This document shows, piece by piece, positions 48,905 to 60,576 of a DNA stretch of 64,000 nucleotides. The stretch spans positions 62,001-126,000 of the forward strand of contig NIVC01001489.1 in the NCBI GenBank assembly GCA_002269645.1, read 5' to 3'. A model generated the notes under the pieces. It was given only the letters and a program-made list of their open reading frames with translations. It was not told the origin of the DNA and searched no databases. Each line of letters begins with the position of its first letter. The first letter of the stretch is position 1. This stretch comes from Macrostomum lignano. Taxonomy: Eukaryota. Position numbers and translations under genes: made by a program.

Positions 48905-51900
48905 TCACTGCCTGTCCTTCGCCGCGTCAGCCAGAAAGTCCAAAACAGAGCCTTGGCCGGATGCTTCGGCGTAGTCGCGACAGTTCTTGCCCTCTTTGGA
49001 GGCTTCCTCAAGTGCTCCGGGATCGGAGTTGGCGATCGCGCGCAGAACTTCCACGTGACCGTTCGCGGCAGCGTAGTGAACAGGCGCCCGGCCGCTGGCG
49101 TCGCGGGCCCGGGCGCTGAGGCCGCCAGCCAGCAGGAGCCGGACCGCCGTCGGATGGCCGCATGCAGCGGCGAAGTGCAGTGGCGACTTACCACTGGGCG
49201 TCAGTCGAGTCAGCAGCGGCTCGGAATTTTCAGTTTCGTCGTCATCTGCTTCCTCGTCGGCGCTGGTCAGGAGATAATCCAGTACGTCGAAGTGACCGTG
49301 CTTGGCGGCCGCGTGAGCCACGGTAGCGCCCTCTTCGTCCACTGAATTTATCGGTACGCCTAAAAACGTTAAAAAGTCGACAACGTCTGCTGAGCAGGCG
49401 TAGTGCAGAGCTGTCTGGCCTCGCTTATCAGTCGCCGCCAGGACCTCCTCAAGGCCTTCGCGTGCCAAGTATACAAGCATGTCCTGGCAGTTTTTCCAAG
49501 CTGCCACATGAGCAACGTTAGCACCCTGAGAGTCGGTAGCGTTGGGCGGCAGGCCTAGGTGCAGCAGAAAATCCAGAGCCACGTCGCTTCTTGCGTAGTG
49601 CAGCAGGCCTCGTCCATTGGAGTCAACAGCTTCCAGGAGCCCTCCGGTGGCAGCAACGGCTCCAGCCGCTGATCCGTTGTTCTCATCAAGCGTCAATAGG
49701 CAACGCAGTACTTCCAGATTGTCGCCGAGTACAGCGGTGTGGGCCGGCGTGACACCTTGATCGTCGGGCTCGTCGACAGGCAAACCACTCAGCGCAAGAA
49801 GCTGAACCACTTCAGCACTCCTGGTAAAGTGCATAGCGGAGCGTCCAGCAACGTTCTTCGATTTCAGAAGATGCTCGGCACAGGGCAAACTGCGAATATG
49901 GCCCAGAACCTCGGCGTTATCGTTCATCGCGGCCACGTGCGCGACTGTAGCCCCATTAGAATCGCGGGACATTGGGTCCAGTCCTTTCTCTACCAGCAAG
50001 TCCAAGACCTCTGGAGAACCGGCATGGTGCATCAGGCTCTGGCCTTCTTTATCAATGGCGGAAAGCAGCGCTTGACCAGACGGCAGGCCAAGAAGGTACT
50101 TCACAACCTCGGCGTGGCCATTAAGTGCAGCCGAGTGTGCCGGGGTGGCGTCTTCGTCATCGCGAGCGTCAGGGTTGAGGCCTGCCTCGGTGACTAGTAG
50201 TTCAGCAGTTGCCGCCGTGCTAGCGTAGTGCAGGAGGCTCAAACCTTTGGCATCAACTGCCTTGGCTGCGTCTTTGCCACCTTCTTGTAATAGTAGATAG
50301 CGCAATGCCTCCAAGCGACCGTTTAGTGCAGCCAGGTGTCCAGGTGTACACCCTCGGCGGTTGCGCATGTCCAGACGGACTCCGTTCTCATTCAGGTACT
50401 TCAGGGCGTCCAGCTTGTCTTCAACGATGGCAATATGCGCCGCCGAGTTCCAATTGCTGGTGCGGCCGCATAGCTTGTTACCGGCCTTGTGATACTCGGT
50501 GAGCTGTGTCAGATCCCCGTCCACCAGAATTTCAATCAGTCGGCCGGGCAGGCGGCTTTCGTGGATGCTGGTTTCAACGCCATTAGCAGCGAGAAACTCG
50601 GCTACTACCTGTGACTCTGTATAGTGCATCGGTGTCTGATTTTCAACGTCCCTGCGTTTAAGCAGATCGGGATCCACGGTCAGCAGAAACTGGAGTATCG
50701 GTAGGCAGCCGGCCCTGGCAGCCAGGTGTGCTGGCGTCGCACCCTGACTGTTTGCCGCTTTGGCATCGATTCCGACGCTGTGCAAAAATTTGAATGCGTC
50801 GCCATGACCCTTGATGGCGGCGATGTGACAGAGGTTGAAACCGCGCACTCCGTCTTCAGCGTAGAGGCCCAACAGTTTCTCACCAGACTCGTAGAGGCGC
50901 TTTATTCCAGCCTCGTCGCCAGATAAAACGGCATCAATAGCGGCTTCTGACAGTCTGCTCTCCTCGACACTAGTCTTGACGTCAGATTCAATTAGAAAGT
51001 TTGCCACCTCGGCGCTGCTGGCGTAATGCATCAGCGAGTCGCCCTGGAAGTCTCGCGCCAGAAGCAGACTGCCGTCTTCATCAAGGCTGCGCAAAAACTT
51101 AAGCACTTCCAAGCTTCCAGTTAGAGCTGCCAAGTGTGCTGGAGTTCTGCCGCGATAATCTCTTAAACTGAGCAGCGTCTTACTCGGGTCTCTGGCCAGC
51201 AAGTACTCTAGCAGGTTCACATGGCCATAGAGTGCTGCAAAGTGGGCCACTGTGTTGCCAGCGAGGTCAGTTGAAGCCAAGCTGAAGCCGACATCTTCAA
51301 AAAAATGGACCATACGAATGCTGCCGCATCCGGCGGCAACATGCAGTGCATTACCTCCGTAGCAGCCTTCGTAGCAGCGACCGCGTACTTTCTTTCCGGC
51401 GCGCACGTACCTGTGCAGCCTGTCTATGCTGCCGGAGCAGATGATGTCGATGAGCTCACTCGGTAAACGACTTTCGTCGGCTCGGATTGGCAAACCATTC
51501 TGCTGCAGAAATTCGACAACCTCAGTATCTTCAGCGTAGTGCATTAGCGTGTTTCCGGTTGAATCCAACTCTCTCAGAAGCTGTCCACTGGGGTCCTGCT
51601 CAATTAAAAAGGCTAGCAGATCAAGACGACCATTCTTGGCCGCATAGTGTCCAGGAGTCGCTCCGTTAGCGTCCTTCGCGGAAAGGCTTAGTCCGCAGTC
51701 AAGCAAAAACTTAGCGATCTGTGTACTGCTCGCATAGTGCAATAAGCTCTGTTCCATTTTATCCGTCGCCGTGATGGCCTTTCCGTCCGTGTCAAGTTCC
51801 TTAATTAGCTGCAAGACTTCAAAGGCGCCGTTCAGTGCTGCTATGTGTCCCGGAGTCTCCCCTCTATTGTCAGCGGCCAGAAGGACAGTCTCTGGTTTGT

Positions 51901-54900
51901 TAAAATCACACAAAAGACGCAGGACAGGCGCTAGGTTGTATTGGGCAGCCCAGTGTCCAGGCGTGGCCCCATTGTCGTCCACCGCAAGAGTTGACAAGCC
52001 CTTCTCGTTCAGGTAGCGCACCAGCTCAGTGGTGCTTGCGTAGTGCATCAGAGTCTGATTGCTGCCGTCGCGAACTTGTACTAAATTGCCAGACGGATCC
52101 TCGCTTTCAAGGTACTGTAGAATGTCCAAACGACCGTAGCGTGCGGCAAAATGCGCAGGCGCTGTGCCTGATGCGTTTTTCTTGTCAACTGGCAGGCCAA
52201 CTTCAGAGCGCAGGAATTTTACTGCTTCGAGGTTGCCACCCTGCACAGCACAGTGCATACAGCTGCTGCCGCCCTCCGTTTCGGCTTGCAGGGCCTCCAG
52301 CCCAGCGAGTTCTAGGATGCAGCGCAACACGTCCAGTTGCCCCTTAAGAGCCGCCAGGTGAACTGGCCTGACATTGTCAGCTTTGTTCATAGCCGTCACA
52401 TCCAACCCATGCGTGTGCAGAAAACGAATCATATCCGATCGACCTTCCATTGCAGCTATGTGGACGGCCGTGTCACCGAAAGCATCGATTGTCCTTCCGA
52501 TGATCTTTCCACCGGCTTCGTAATAGGCTTCAAGAGCGGACAGGTCGCCAGATCTAATAATGCTTACCAGTTGAGCGGGCAAACGACTCTCACTTTTTGG
52601 AGTCTTGGAGCCGCAGCGCTCAAGAAATGTTGTGATCTCGGCACTCTCGGCAAGGTGCATCGGCGTTCGACCCTCTATGTCAGTCGCTTCAAGCAGTTCA
52701 CCTTTCTTGTCATGCGCTATTAAAAACCGCAGTATCTCCAAATCATTGGCCCAAACTGCTAGATGCGCAGGAGTGTTGCCTTCATAGTCTCTGAAGGCAA
52801 TGTCGATGCCGTTTTCCGCCAGAAAACGCAACACCGGCAAGTGGCCGGCCACAGTAGCCACATGAGCGGCATTTCCTCCGTAGCGGTCAGCGGTTCGACC
52901 CAGCAGCTTATAGCCGCATGCATGAAACTCTTGCAGACTCTGCAGGTCGCCCGACATGCAGATATTAAATAGATCATAAGATAACCTGCTCTCTTCAGGT
53001 TTCGTGTCCAAACCGGCTTCCTGGAGTATTTCAACCACTTCCGCACTCTCAGCGTAGTGCATCGGCGTTCGACCAGTGGAGTCAACAGAGAAAAGCAGCC
53101 GGCGTAGCTCAGGATGGTCCCGCAGGCATTGCAAAACGTCGCTACATCCGTTTAGGCTGGCTGCGTGTCCAATTGTGCCTCCATTGTCGTCCGCCGCAAA
53201 AGGATCCAAGCCACCGTCGACTAGTAGGAACTGCAGCACCTCTGGACTGGATGCATAGTGCAGCAGTCCGGCTCCGTAGAAATCCAGTTCGTGCAGTAGA
53301 TCAGCATCAGTTTCACGCACAAAACGCAGTACGCCTAGGCTGCCACTTCTGGCGGCAAGATGTCCGGGTGTGCAGCCATCAAAATTTCTCAGCTCCAAAC
53401 AGCGCGACTCGACTGAGTGAATCACGGCCAGCAAATCTGCGCGGTCTTCCACGGCGGCAACATGCGCAGCGGTGTTCCAGAAATGGTCGTTCGTTCGCCC
53501 GCGGAGCTTACCACCAGACTCCAGAAAGTCGCGTAGCCGCTGCACACTTCCAGACTGCAGGATTCGAATCAGCTGGCTTGAAAGACGGCTCTCGTCAATG
53601 CTAGTTTCAACTCTGCAGCTAGTCAGGAATTCGACCACTGGTCTACTATCAGTGTAGTGAATTAGGGACCTCTCATCAGCGTCTAACGAATGCAAAACTG
53701 TCTTGGATTCATCAAGTTCGTGCAAGTGCTTCAATATATCCAGATGACCGTTCATAGCAGCTAGGTGCCCCATGGTGCGCCCATTGGAGTCTGTGTGGCG
53801 CAAGAAGTCTCCAGACTCCTCGGCTTGCCAAAGTGACTGAATCAGTTTCAAAGCTTCTAAATGTCCGTTGCGGGCAGCTAAATGCGCAGGTGTGGCTCCA
53901 TCGGCATCCAGTAGGTCCAGTCGAACACCGTTGTCGTTCAAGAACTGAAGTATTTCAATCGAACCAACAGCAGCAGCAAAATGTCCTGAGGAAAATCCAT
54001 CCACGTCTTCTCCTCTGTAGACTCCCTGTAGCTTTCCACCAGCTTCGACAAAAGCTTTCAGAGCGTCGAGGTCCTGCGACATCACTGCATCGATAACATC
54101 TTGATGAAGACGACTGGCATTTACGTTGGCTGTAACTCCATGCTCTTTAAGGAATGCGACGATTTCAGCACTGTCGGTGCAATGCATGAGCGTCCTGCCA
54201 GAATCGTCAACTACTTGAAGACACGACTCATTGCCTAGCTCCGTCAAGAGGTATTCAAGAACCTGTAGCTGACCTGTCAGCGCTGCGAGATGAGCCGGTG
54301 TTTGACCGGACGCGTCTTTAGCTTCGAAAACCTGGGCATCGGGGCTTTGCTCTCTGATGTACCTCAGAATGTGCACGTGGCCGCTTCGAGCCGCCAAGTG
54401 AGCGGGCGTGATTCCTTCTCGATTTTTAGCCACTAGACTAACTCCAAGCCCGTGAAGAAATTTCAGCAACTCCAGGTGACCCAGCATCGACACAAAATGG
54501 CTAACTGTGATGCCTTTAAGTCGTTTTCCGGCTCGCTGGTACTGCTTCAAGAACTCCAGTTCGCCTGACATTAGAATGTTTATTAGATCCTTCGGAATTC
54601 GGCTTTCTTCGTGTTCGGAGGTCACGCCGTGACCTTCCAGAAAATCACAGACGTCCGCATTGTCTGTACACTGCAGCAGCGAACGTCCGGTGTCATCGAG
54701 CGACTTGAGCAGCTCGCCGGACGGATCCTGGCTAGCAATGAACTGCAGCGCGCCAAGGTGACCGTTAAGGGCCGCGAGGTGTCCCGGAGTTTGGCCGTGG
54801 ATATTGCGGACTCGAAGCGGCCTGCACGGATCGTTTTCATCCTGACAATTGTTGCACAGAAATTCCAGAAGCTCAGTGTGGCCTTTCATTGCCGCGAAGT

Positions 54901-57900
54901 GGGCGGCCGTATCACCATTGCTGTCCTCAGAGTCAAGCGAAAGTCCCTGCTGATGCAGGAACTTAACTAAGGCGACATTTCCCTTCAGAGCGGCCACGTG
55001 AACAGCCGTGCCGCGATGCTCGTCATTAGTGCGGCCTGGCGAAAGGTTAGCATGGAGGTTAACTAATATTGTGTCTTTGTATGTATTTTTTGTATGTATG
55101 TTTCTTGGCGTCTGTATAAGTTTACGCTCGTATCTATCGTTAAGTGTCTGCCAAAGGGGACTTTATAAAAAAAGGTGTGGCTACGAAAGCTCGTCCAAAG
55201 GCTACCATGTGTACATATGACCGTTCATGGTAGTTAGGTGTCCCTTAGTACACCATATCGTCCAAAGCTAGGCTTCTGGGATGCCAATATTCAAAGGGGG
55301 TTCTAAGATTCAAAATCTCAAGGGGCTTGTGTGAAAATGCAACCTAGTATCTCTATATCCTCAGAATTACCTGCAGTGCACTCGTACGGAACGCTTCATT
55401 AGCAATAGTATGGTTGAACCACAAAATATTTGAAAAATTAAAAAAGTTCAAAGTAATGGTTAGATGGCTATGTAAAAGTCTTGATTGTGTGAATTTACGA
55501 GCGTAAATCTTAAAGTCTTGTATTATTGTTTGGTTAACATTCTGACTCTGATCCCACCATACGAGTATGTGAGTAAGTGGGTCCCTTTATACTTTCATGT
55601 ATTCATACTTGAAACTTGCTTTTACAATAGTTTCTTACTGGGATGAGGACGGCTGAATGAGATGATGGCGATCTGCAGAATTAGTCAAAGCGCACTTAAT
55701 AACTATTGGGTTTCATTGGATCCCGGATTCATTTTCTGGGTTTGTTGGATTCCTTCAAATCAGGTGAACCGTACTGTGAACCGATCTCGTAATTTGCTCT
55801 TATTTTATGGCACACCAGAGAAAATTCAGATGGCAATTTTTGTGTTTAGAAAGATTTTACAGACCTATTGCCACCCACAGCTGCAATCCGGAAATATTTT
55901 TGGCGATTATAGCAATAAACTCACCCTGGAGTTTGCCGCCGTCCGTAGCGAACTTCTTTACTGCGTCCAAATCGCCCGACATAATCGTGTAGAAAAGCTG
56001 CTGAGACAAGATGCTCTCTGCCGGGCTGGTCTTCACGCCCTTCTCAGCCAAAAAGCGAGCAATCTCGCCGGATTCAGAAAAGTGCATTAGCGACTTCCCG
56101 TCGTTGTCGATGGCTAGAAGCAGTTCCCCGCTCGGGTCCTGCTGATCTATAAACTTCAGAACCTCGATGTGGCCATTTAGAGTGGCGAAATGGGCCGGCG
56201 TTCGGCCTTTGGCATCCGGCTGGCCGAGGACTGTCGCACCATTCTTCTCGACTAGGTACTCAAGCACTGAAAGACGGCCGTTCCTCGCGGCCAGATGCAC
56301 CGGCGCCGTACCGTCTTCGTTAGTTGCAGTCAAACCGACGCCCTGGCTGTGCAGGAAGTCGACGATCTCGCGGCTACCGACCCCTGCAGCGAAGTGCGTG
56401 GCCGTGAAGCCGTGTACGCTGTCGTCCGAGTAGATGCCGACGAGTTTTCCGCCTCCCGCGGCAAACTGACGCAGCTGGTCAAGTTCGCAGGCCATTAGCA
56501 TGTCAACTACCTGCAGGGTTATCAAAACTGTGGAAATTTAGCCTTTGATCAACAAATTTTCATCGGCACTAATTATTACCTGATCAGCCAGACGACTTTC
56601 CTCCAGCGGAGTGGGGCAGCCAGCTTCAGTCAGCAAACGGCAGGCTTCAGTGCTGTCCGCATACTGCAGCGGCGTCTTGCCAAAGTGATCCGCTTCGAGG
56701 GAAAGCTCCGGCCGGCGCTCCAGTAGCATTCGTAGAGCATCGAGGCTTCCATGCAGAGAAGCCAGGTGAGCTGGCGACCTGCCCTGGTAGTCCTTCACAG
56801 ATAATAGTTCCGGGTTGCGCTCGTGCAGGTAAGCCAGCACTTCAGCACTGCCGTTTTGCGCGGCCAGGTGAGCCGCAGTCCGACCGCTGCTGTCGGTGGC
56901 ATCGAGAGCCAGGCCGCATTCGTCAAGATATTTCAGAACGCTGCACGAACCCATGGCCGAAGCAAAGTGAACCGCCGTGAGCTGCTGCATGTCGTCATCA
57001 CTATAGCAGCCGCGCACTTTGTTCCCAGCATCGTGGTAAGCCTTTATGGCATCCGCGTCGCCTGCTTTAATCAGGCTTATAAGCTCCGAGGACAGGCGGC
57101 TCTCGTCAACGCTTACCGGTAGACCGCGCTGAGTGAGCAGCTCGGCTACAGCCTGGCTCTCCGTGTAGTGCATAAGAGACTTCTCTTCATCGTCCAGGGC
57201 GGTCAGCGTCTCTCCAGTTGGGTCTGCATCTAGCAGAAGTTCCAAGGCTTCAACGGATCCGCCCTGCGCGGCGAAATGAGCCGGCGTTCGGCCGAGGTAG
57301 TCCCGCGCTGTCAGTAGCGATGGGTCGACCTCTTGGATATACTTCAGGACGTCAGTCTGGCCCGCCATTGCGGCCGCGTGAGCCGGCGTGTCGCCTTCGT
57401 TGTCCTCCGGCGCCACTGGCAAGCCGGCCGTCTCGTGCAGAAAGCGCAGAATTTTAACCTGACCTACATCGGCGGCAATGTGCATGACTGTCTCGCTACT
57501 GCGCGTCCGGCCGCGCACCTTCTTGCCAGCCTGATGAAACTGATGCACCGCCTCCAAGTCCCCAGATCGGACCTGGGCCAGAAGCTCGCGCGACAGCCGG
57601 CTCTCGTCGGCGTCAGCGTTAAGACCGTGGTCTCGAAGGTAGTCGACGACTTCCTGAGTCTCGGCGCAGTGAACTAGCGAGTTGCCCTCGCGATCGACGG
57701 CCAGCAAAACCTCGCCGGTCTTGTCCACCTCGCGGAGGTACTCAAGCACATCGAGCCGAGAATTTGCCGCGGCCAGGTGCGCTGGAGTCTTGCCGTCCCG
57801 ATTCTCCGCGTAGATGCTCAGCCCGTGCTCGTGAAGAAACCGGAGCATGTCCAGCTTGCCTGAAACCGCCGCTAGGTGGACGGCCGTGTCTCTGAATGGG

Positions 57901-58091
57901 TTCGGCGCCCGGCCATCCAGAGATTTCCCGCTCTCTTTGTAGAGCTTTAGCTGCTCTAGATCGCCCGATTCAAGAATATCGAACAGCTCGGTTGTCATCG
58001 TCGCCTCCGAGACCTCGTCGGCAGGCAGCTCGATAATCTCCTCCTCTTCATCGTCTACTTGCTGCTGCGGTGGCTTTCTTTCGTCAGCCAT
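48905..58091 (-). CDS. Giant ankyrin-repeat-only protein, ~2742 aa; exons 58091-56580, 56510-55925, 55035-48905
   Basis: ORFs 56538-58091, 55857-56525 and 48905-54997 join with GT-AG sites in phases 0 and 1. Dozens of GxTPAHxAAxxG ankyrin motifs. Confidence 0.9.
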
Positions 58092-58221
58092 TCCTGGAAA
58101 TAATATTTATGTGAAATTAGTGACACCATTTATTGCGGTAAAGTTGCGCGTCTGGTAAATAGTAAAGTTAAGATCTTAGAGATTCAAGTATATTTTGAAG
58201 AATGTCAGCACTATCACTTTT

Positions 58222-58270
58222 GGTAATCGACATGTTTCACCTCTCGTCAGGCATCGTCAGGCTCTTTAAG
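58222..58270 (-). ncRNA. Minimal type I hammerhead ribozyme-like motif (Penelope-associated)
   Basis: Minus strand: aagagc CTGACGA t gcct-gacgag-aggt GAAA CATG TC^ gattac. Conserved core, 4-bp stem II and palindromic stem III (ACATGT) are present; stem I is poorly paired. Confidence 0.6.
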
Positions 58271-58443
58271 AATTAGAAACGATTTATTAATTATCTATTA
58301 TTATCTATATATAATATCAATTTAGACAGAAACGGGTCGATAAAAGTCGGAAAATGTACATATAGTTAACACTTGATTGGACAGTCTTGCAGAGAGCTCT
58401 CAGTGCGGCAATGAAGGGGAGAGAGAGGGAGCTCAGGTGCACA

Positions 58444-58725
58444 CTAAGAATACTCTAAGGAGGGCACTGGCACCATGATTGGCAAGTTTTTTTGCGTATT
58501 TAGGATTGGTTTTTGAGATTTTATATGCAGGGCCTCAAGCAATTTTAGTCTGTACTCATTTGAGCACTTATGAATCGTAGAAAAAATCATCAATTTAGCT
58601 GTCACAGCATTCTTTGCACACCACATCAGATGGTCGTGCACGGCTGACATACTTTACCTGTATTCTCTACTTCTCACATACAGGTGTCGGGTAGTTTCAC
58701 CTATGTAGGTGATACTCTGGTCACC
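58444..58725 (-). mobile_element. Penelope-like element fragment, GIY-YIG endonuclease C-terminus
   Basis: TYIGETTRHLYVRSRE*..SAVHDHLMWC...FSTIHKCSNEYRLKLLEALHIKSQKPILNTQ. One in-frame stop. Confidence 0.8.
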
Positions 58726-60576
58726 AGAGCATTGAAATCGTTAAATGACCTCTTTATCTTTATCTTATCTTATTTTTATCTTTCCATCTTTGTATGAACA
58801 ATCTAAATTAAGTATTGTGGCTCTACTTGGTGCAAAAATATACGCTATTACTTCACTACAGTCTTCCAATTTCCTATTTCAATACAAAACAAGTCATTCA
58901 GAGTTTTGGGGCTGAAATGTAATCAGGTAGCTAATTATTTACCACTGAATTCACTTCACGAAATCGCAGCTCGCCTCGGCAAGTTGTCTGTCTAGCTGTC
59001 CCAATGTCTTGAGATGCCAAATAGTATTTTAGATTATTCAGTCCTGATAGACAGAGGTGCAGTTAGGAAGAGGCCGGAGGGCCTGGCTGCCATGGTATTT
59101 GTCGTTAGCCCTGGCTGGCATAAAAGAACCCTGTGGAGTGAGGTGGTTTTGGGCATGGGCTGGACTGGGGAGAGAAGGCCTCATTGAGTCCCTGACCCAC
59201 CTCTACAGTCATGCACTGTTCTAAACTTCCCTATACCTCTGCCTACTCAGAGCTTAGCAAACCAGGTGGGGTAAAGCATTGTTGGAGTGGCAGCTGAAGA
59301 TGAAGATAGGAGGAACAGGGGGTGTCTGTCTGGGGCAGAGATGACTGTCGGGAGAGCAGGCCAGAGCAGGCTTTACAGTGCATTTGCTCTGAGGTGGTCC
59401 ACCGGCCTCTCTGTTACGTGCAGAATTCTCTATACCACTGGGAAAGAGCAGGAGTTCTGCCTTGTAATTCCATTCTATACCTGGCGCACTGCAAATTAGA
59501 AGGTGGAAGGGGGGAATAATGAGGGGGAAGCGGGCGGAGATGGAAGGAATGACTCGCCGAAGTGTAGACTCACACGCCTGGTCTGATGATTCAAAGAATT
59601 TTCTGCCCAGATCTTGAAGTGCAACTGAGCTCTGGTCTGGCAGATTAGTTCTCTCCCTTGCTCTTACAGTCCAATGGCGCCTACTCCACTTCCTTCTTTC
59701 TCTCCTTTGTGAGTACTTCGGATCTAAGGTGGTGGTGGAGAACATAGGGCTGGGAAATCAATATTGCAGGCCTACCTTTAGCGGAGTATGACTGAAGGCA
59801 GGCCAGCTCTTGCTTTCTTCATTTGGTTTCCTAGTTCCTACGAAGTGCCTCATTAAAGTATCTGTCGAACTTTTACGCAAGTAACGCTGAACGCAGATTG
59901 GTGTATCAAAAAATCATAATCAATTTCAAGGACTTTTTAATAACTGATTAAGACTCCTTGCTCAAAGTCATTCTTGCTCACGAATTTCAATTCATACTCG
60001 TAACTTCATTTTTAAAGCCAATAATTTGTAAATCAGACAAAGCTATACTTTTATCAATAAGTTGGAATGTAATCTTCTGGGCGAGATGATCTCGACTACT
60101 TTAAGTAGAAGTGCCGCTTCGTTATCGCAACATTCATCCGTTCCTTTCTTTCACAGAAAATCAGTGTCTAAATCACTCTCACTCTCACTCTCAGGTAATA
60201 GAGTGTCGAGGTGTGTTAGCATGAATTTTGTTGTGCATTTATTTCTGGGGCGGAGCAAATACGTTATGCTAAAATTAGCTACATGCTTTTCTGCTCCACT
60301 GGCACTTAATACTGTCTTGTTGACTTGACTTATTTAAAGACATTTTTCTACGAAGGAAAAAATACCTCTGCAAACTTTCTCGAACGTACTGGCACTGTTC
60401 CCCTTCATTTTACACCCTAGCCGGCGTCCTAGACAGTACTCGGACTGACTCAGCGTTACGACAACGGGGTGAAGGAAACCCCCAAACCGACTCACTCGTA
60501 AACCAATGGGCGCTGAAGGGGACGGAAAGTGCAGAGAGAGAGGGGGGGACGAACAAGAGAGAACTGCTATTGACAG

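Noticed and set aside
49739-54970. Many plus-strand ORFs overlapping the ankyrin gene
   Set aside because: Antisense shadows of a long GC-rich coding exon.
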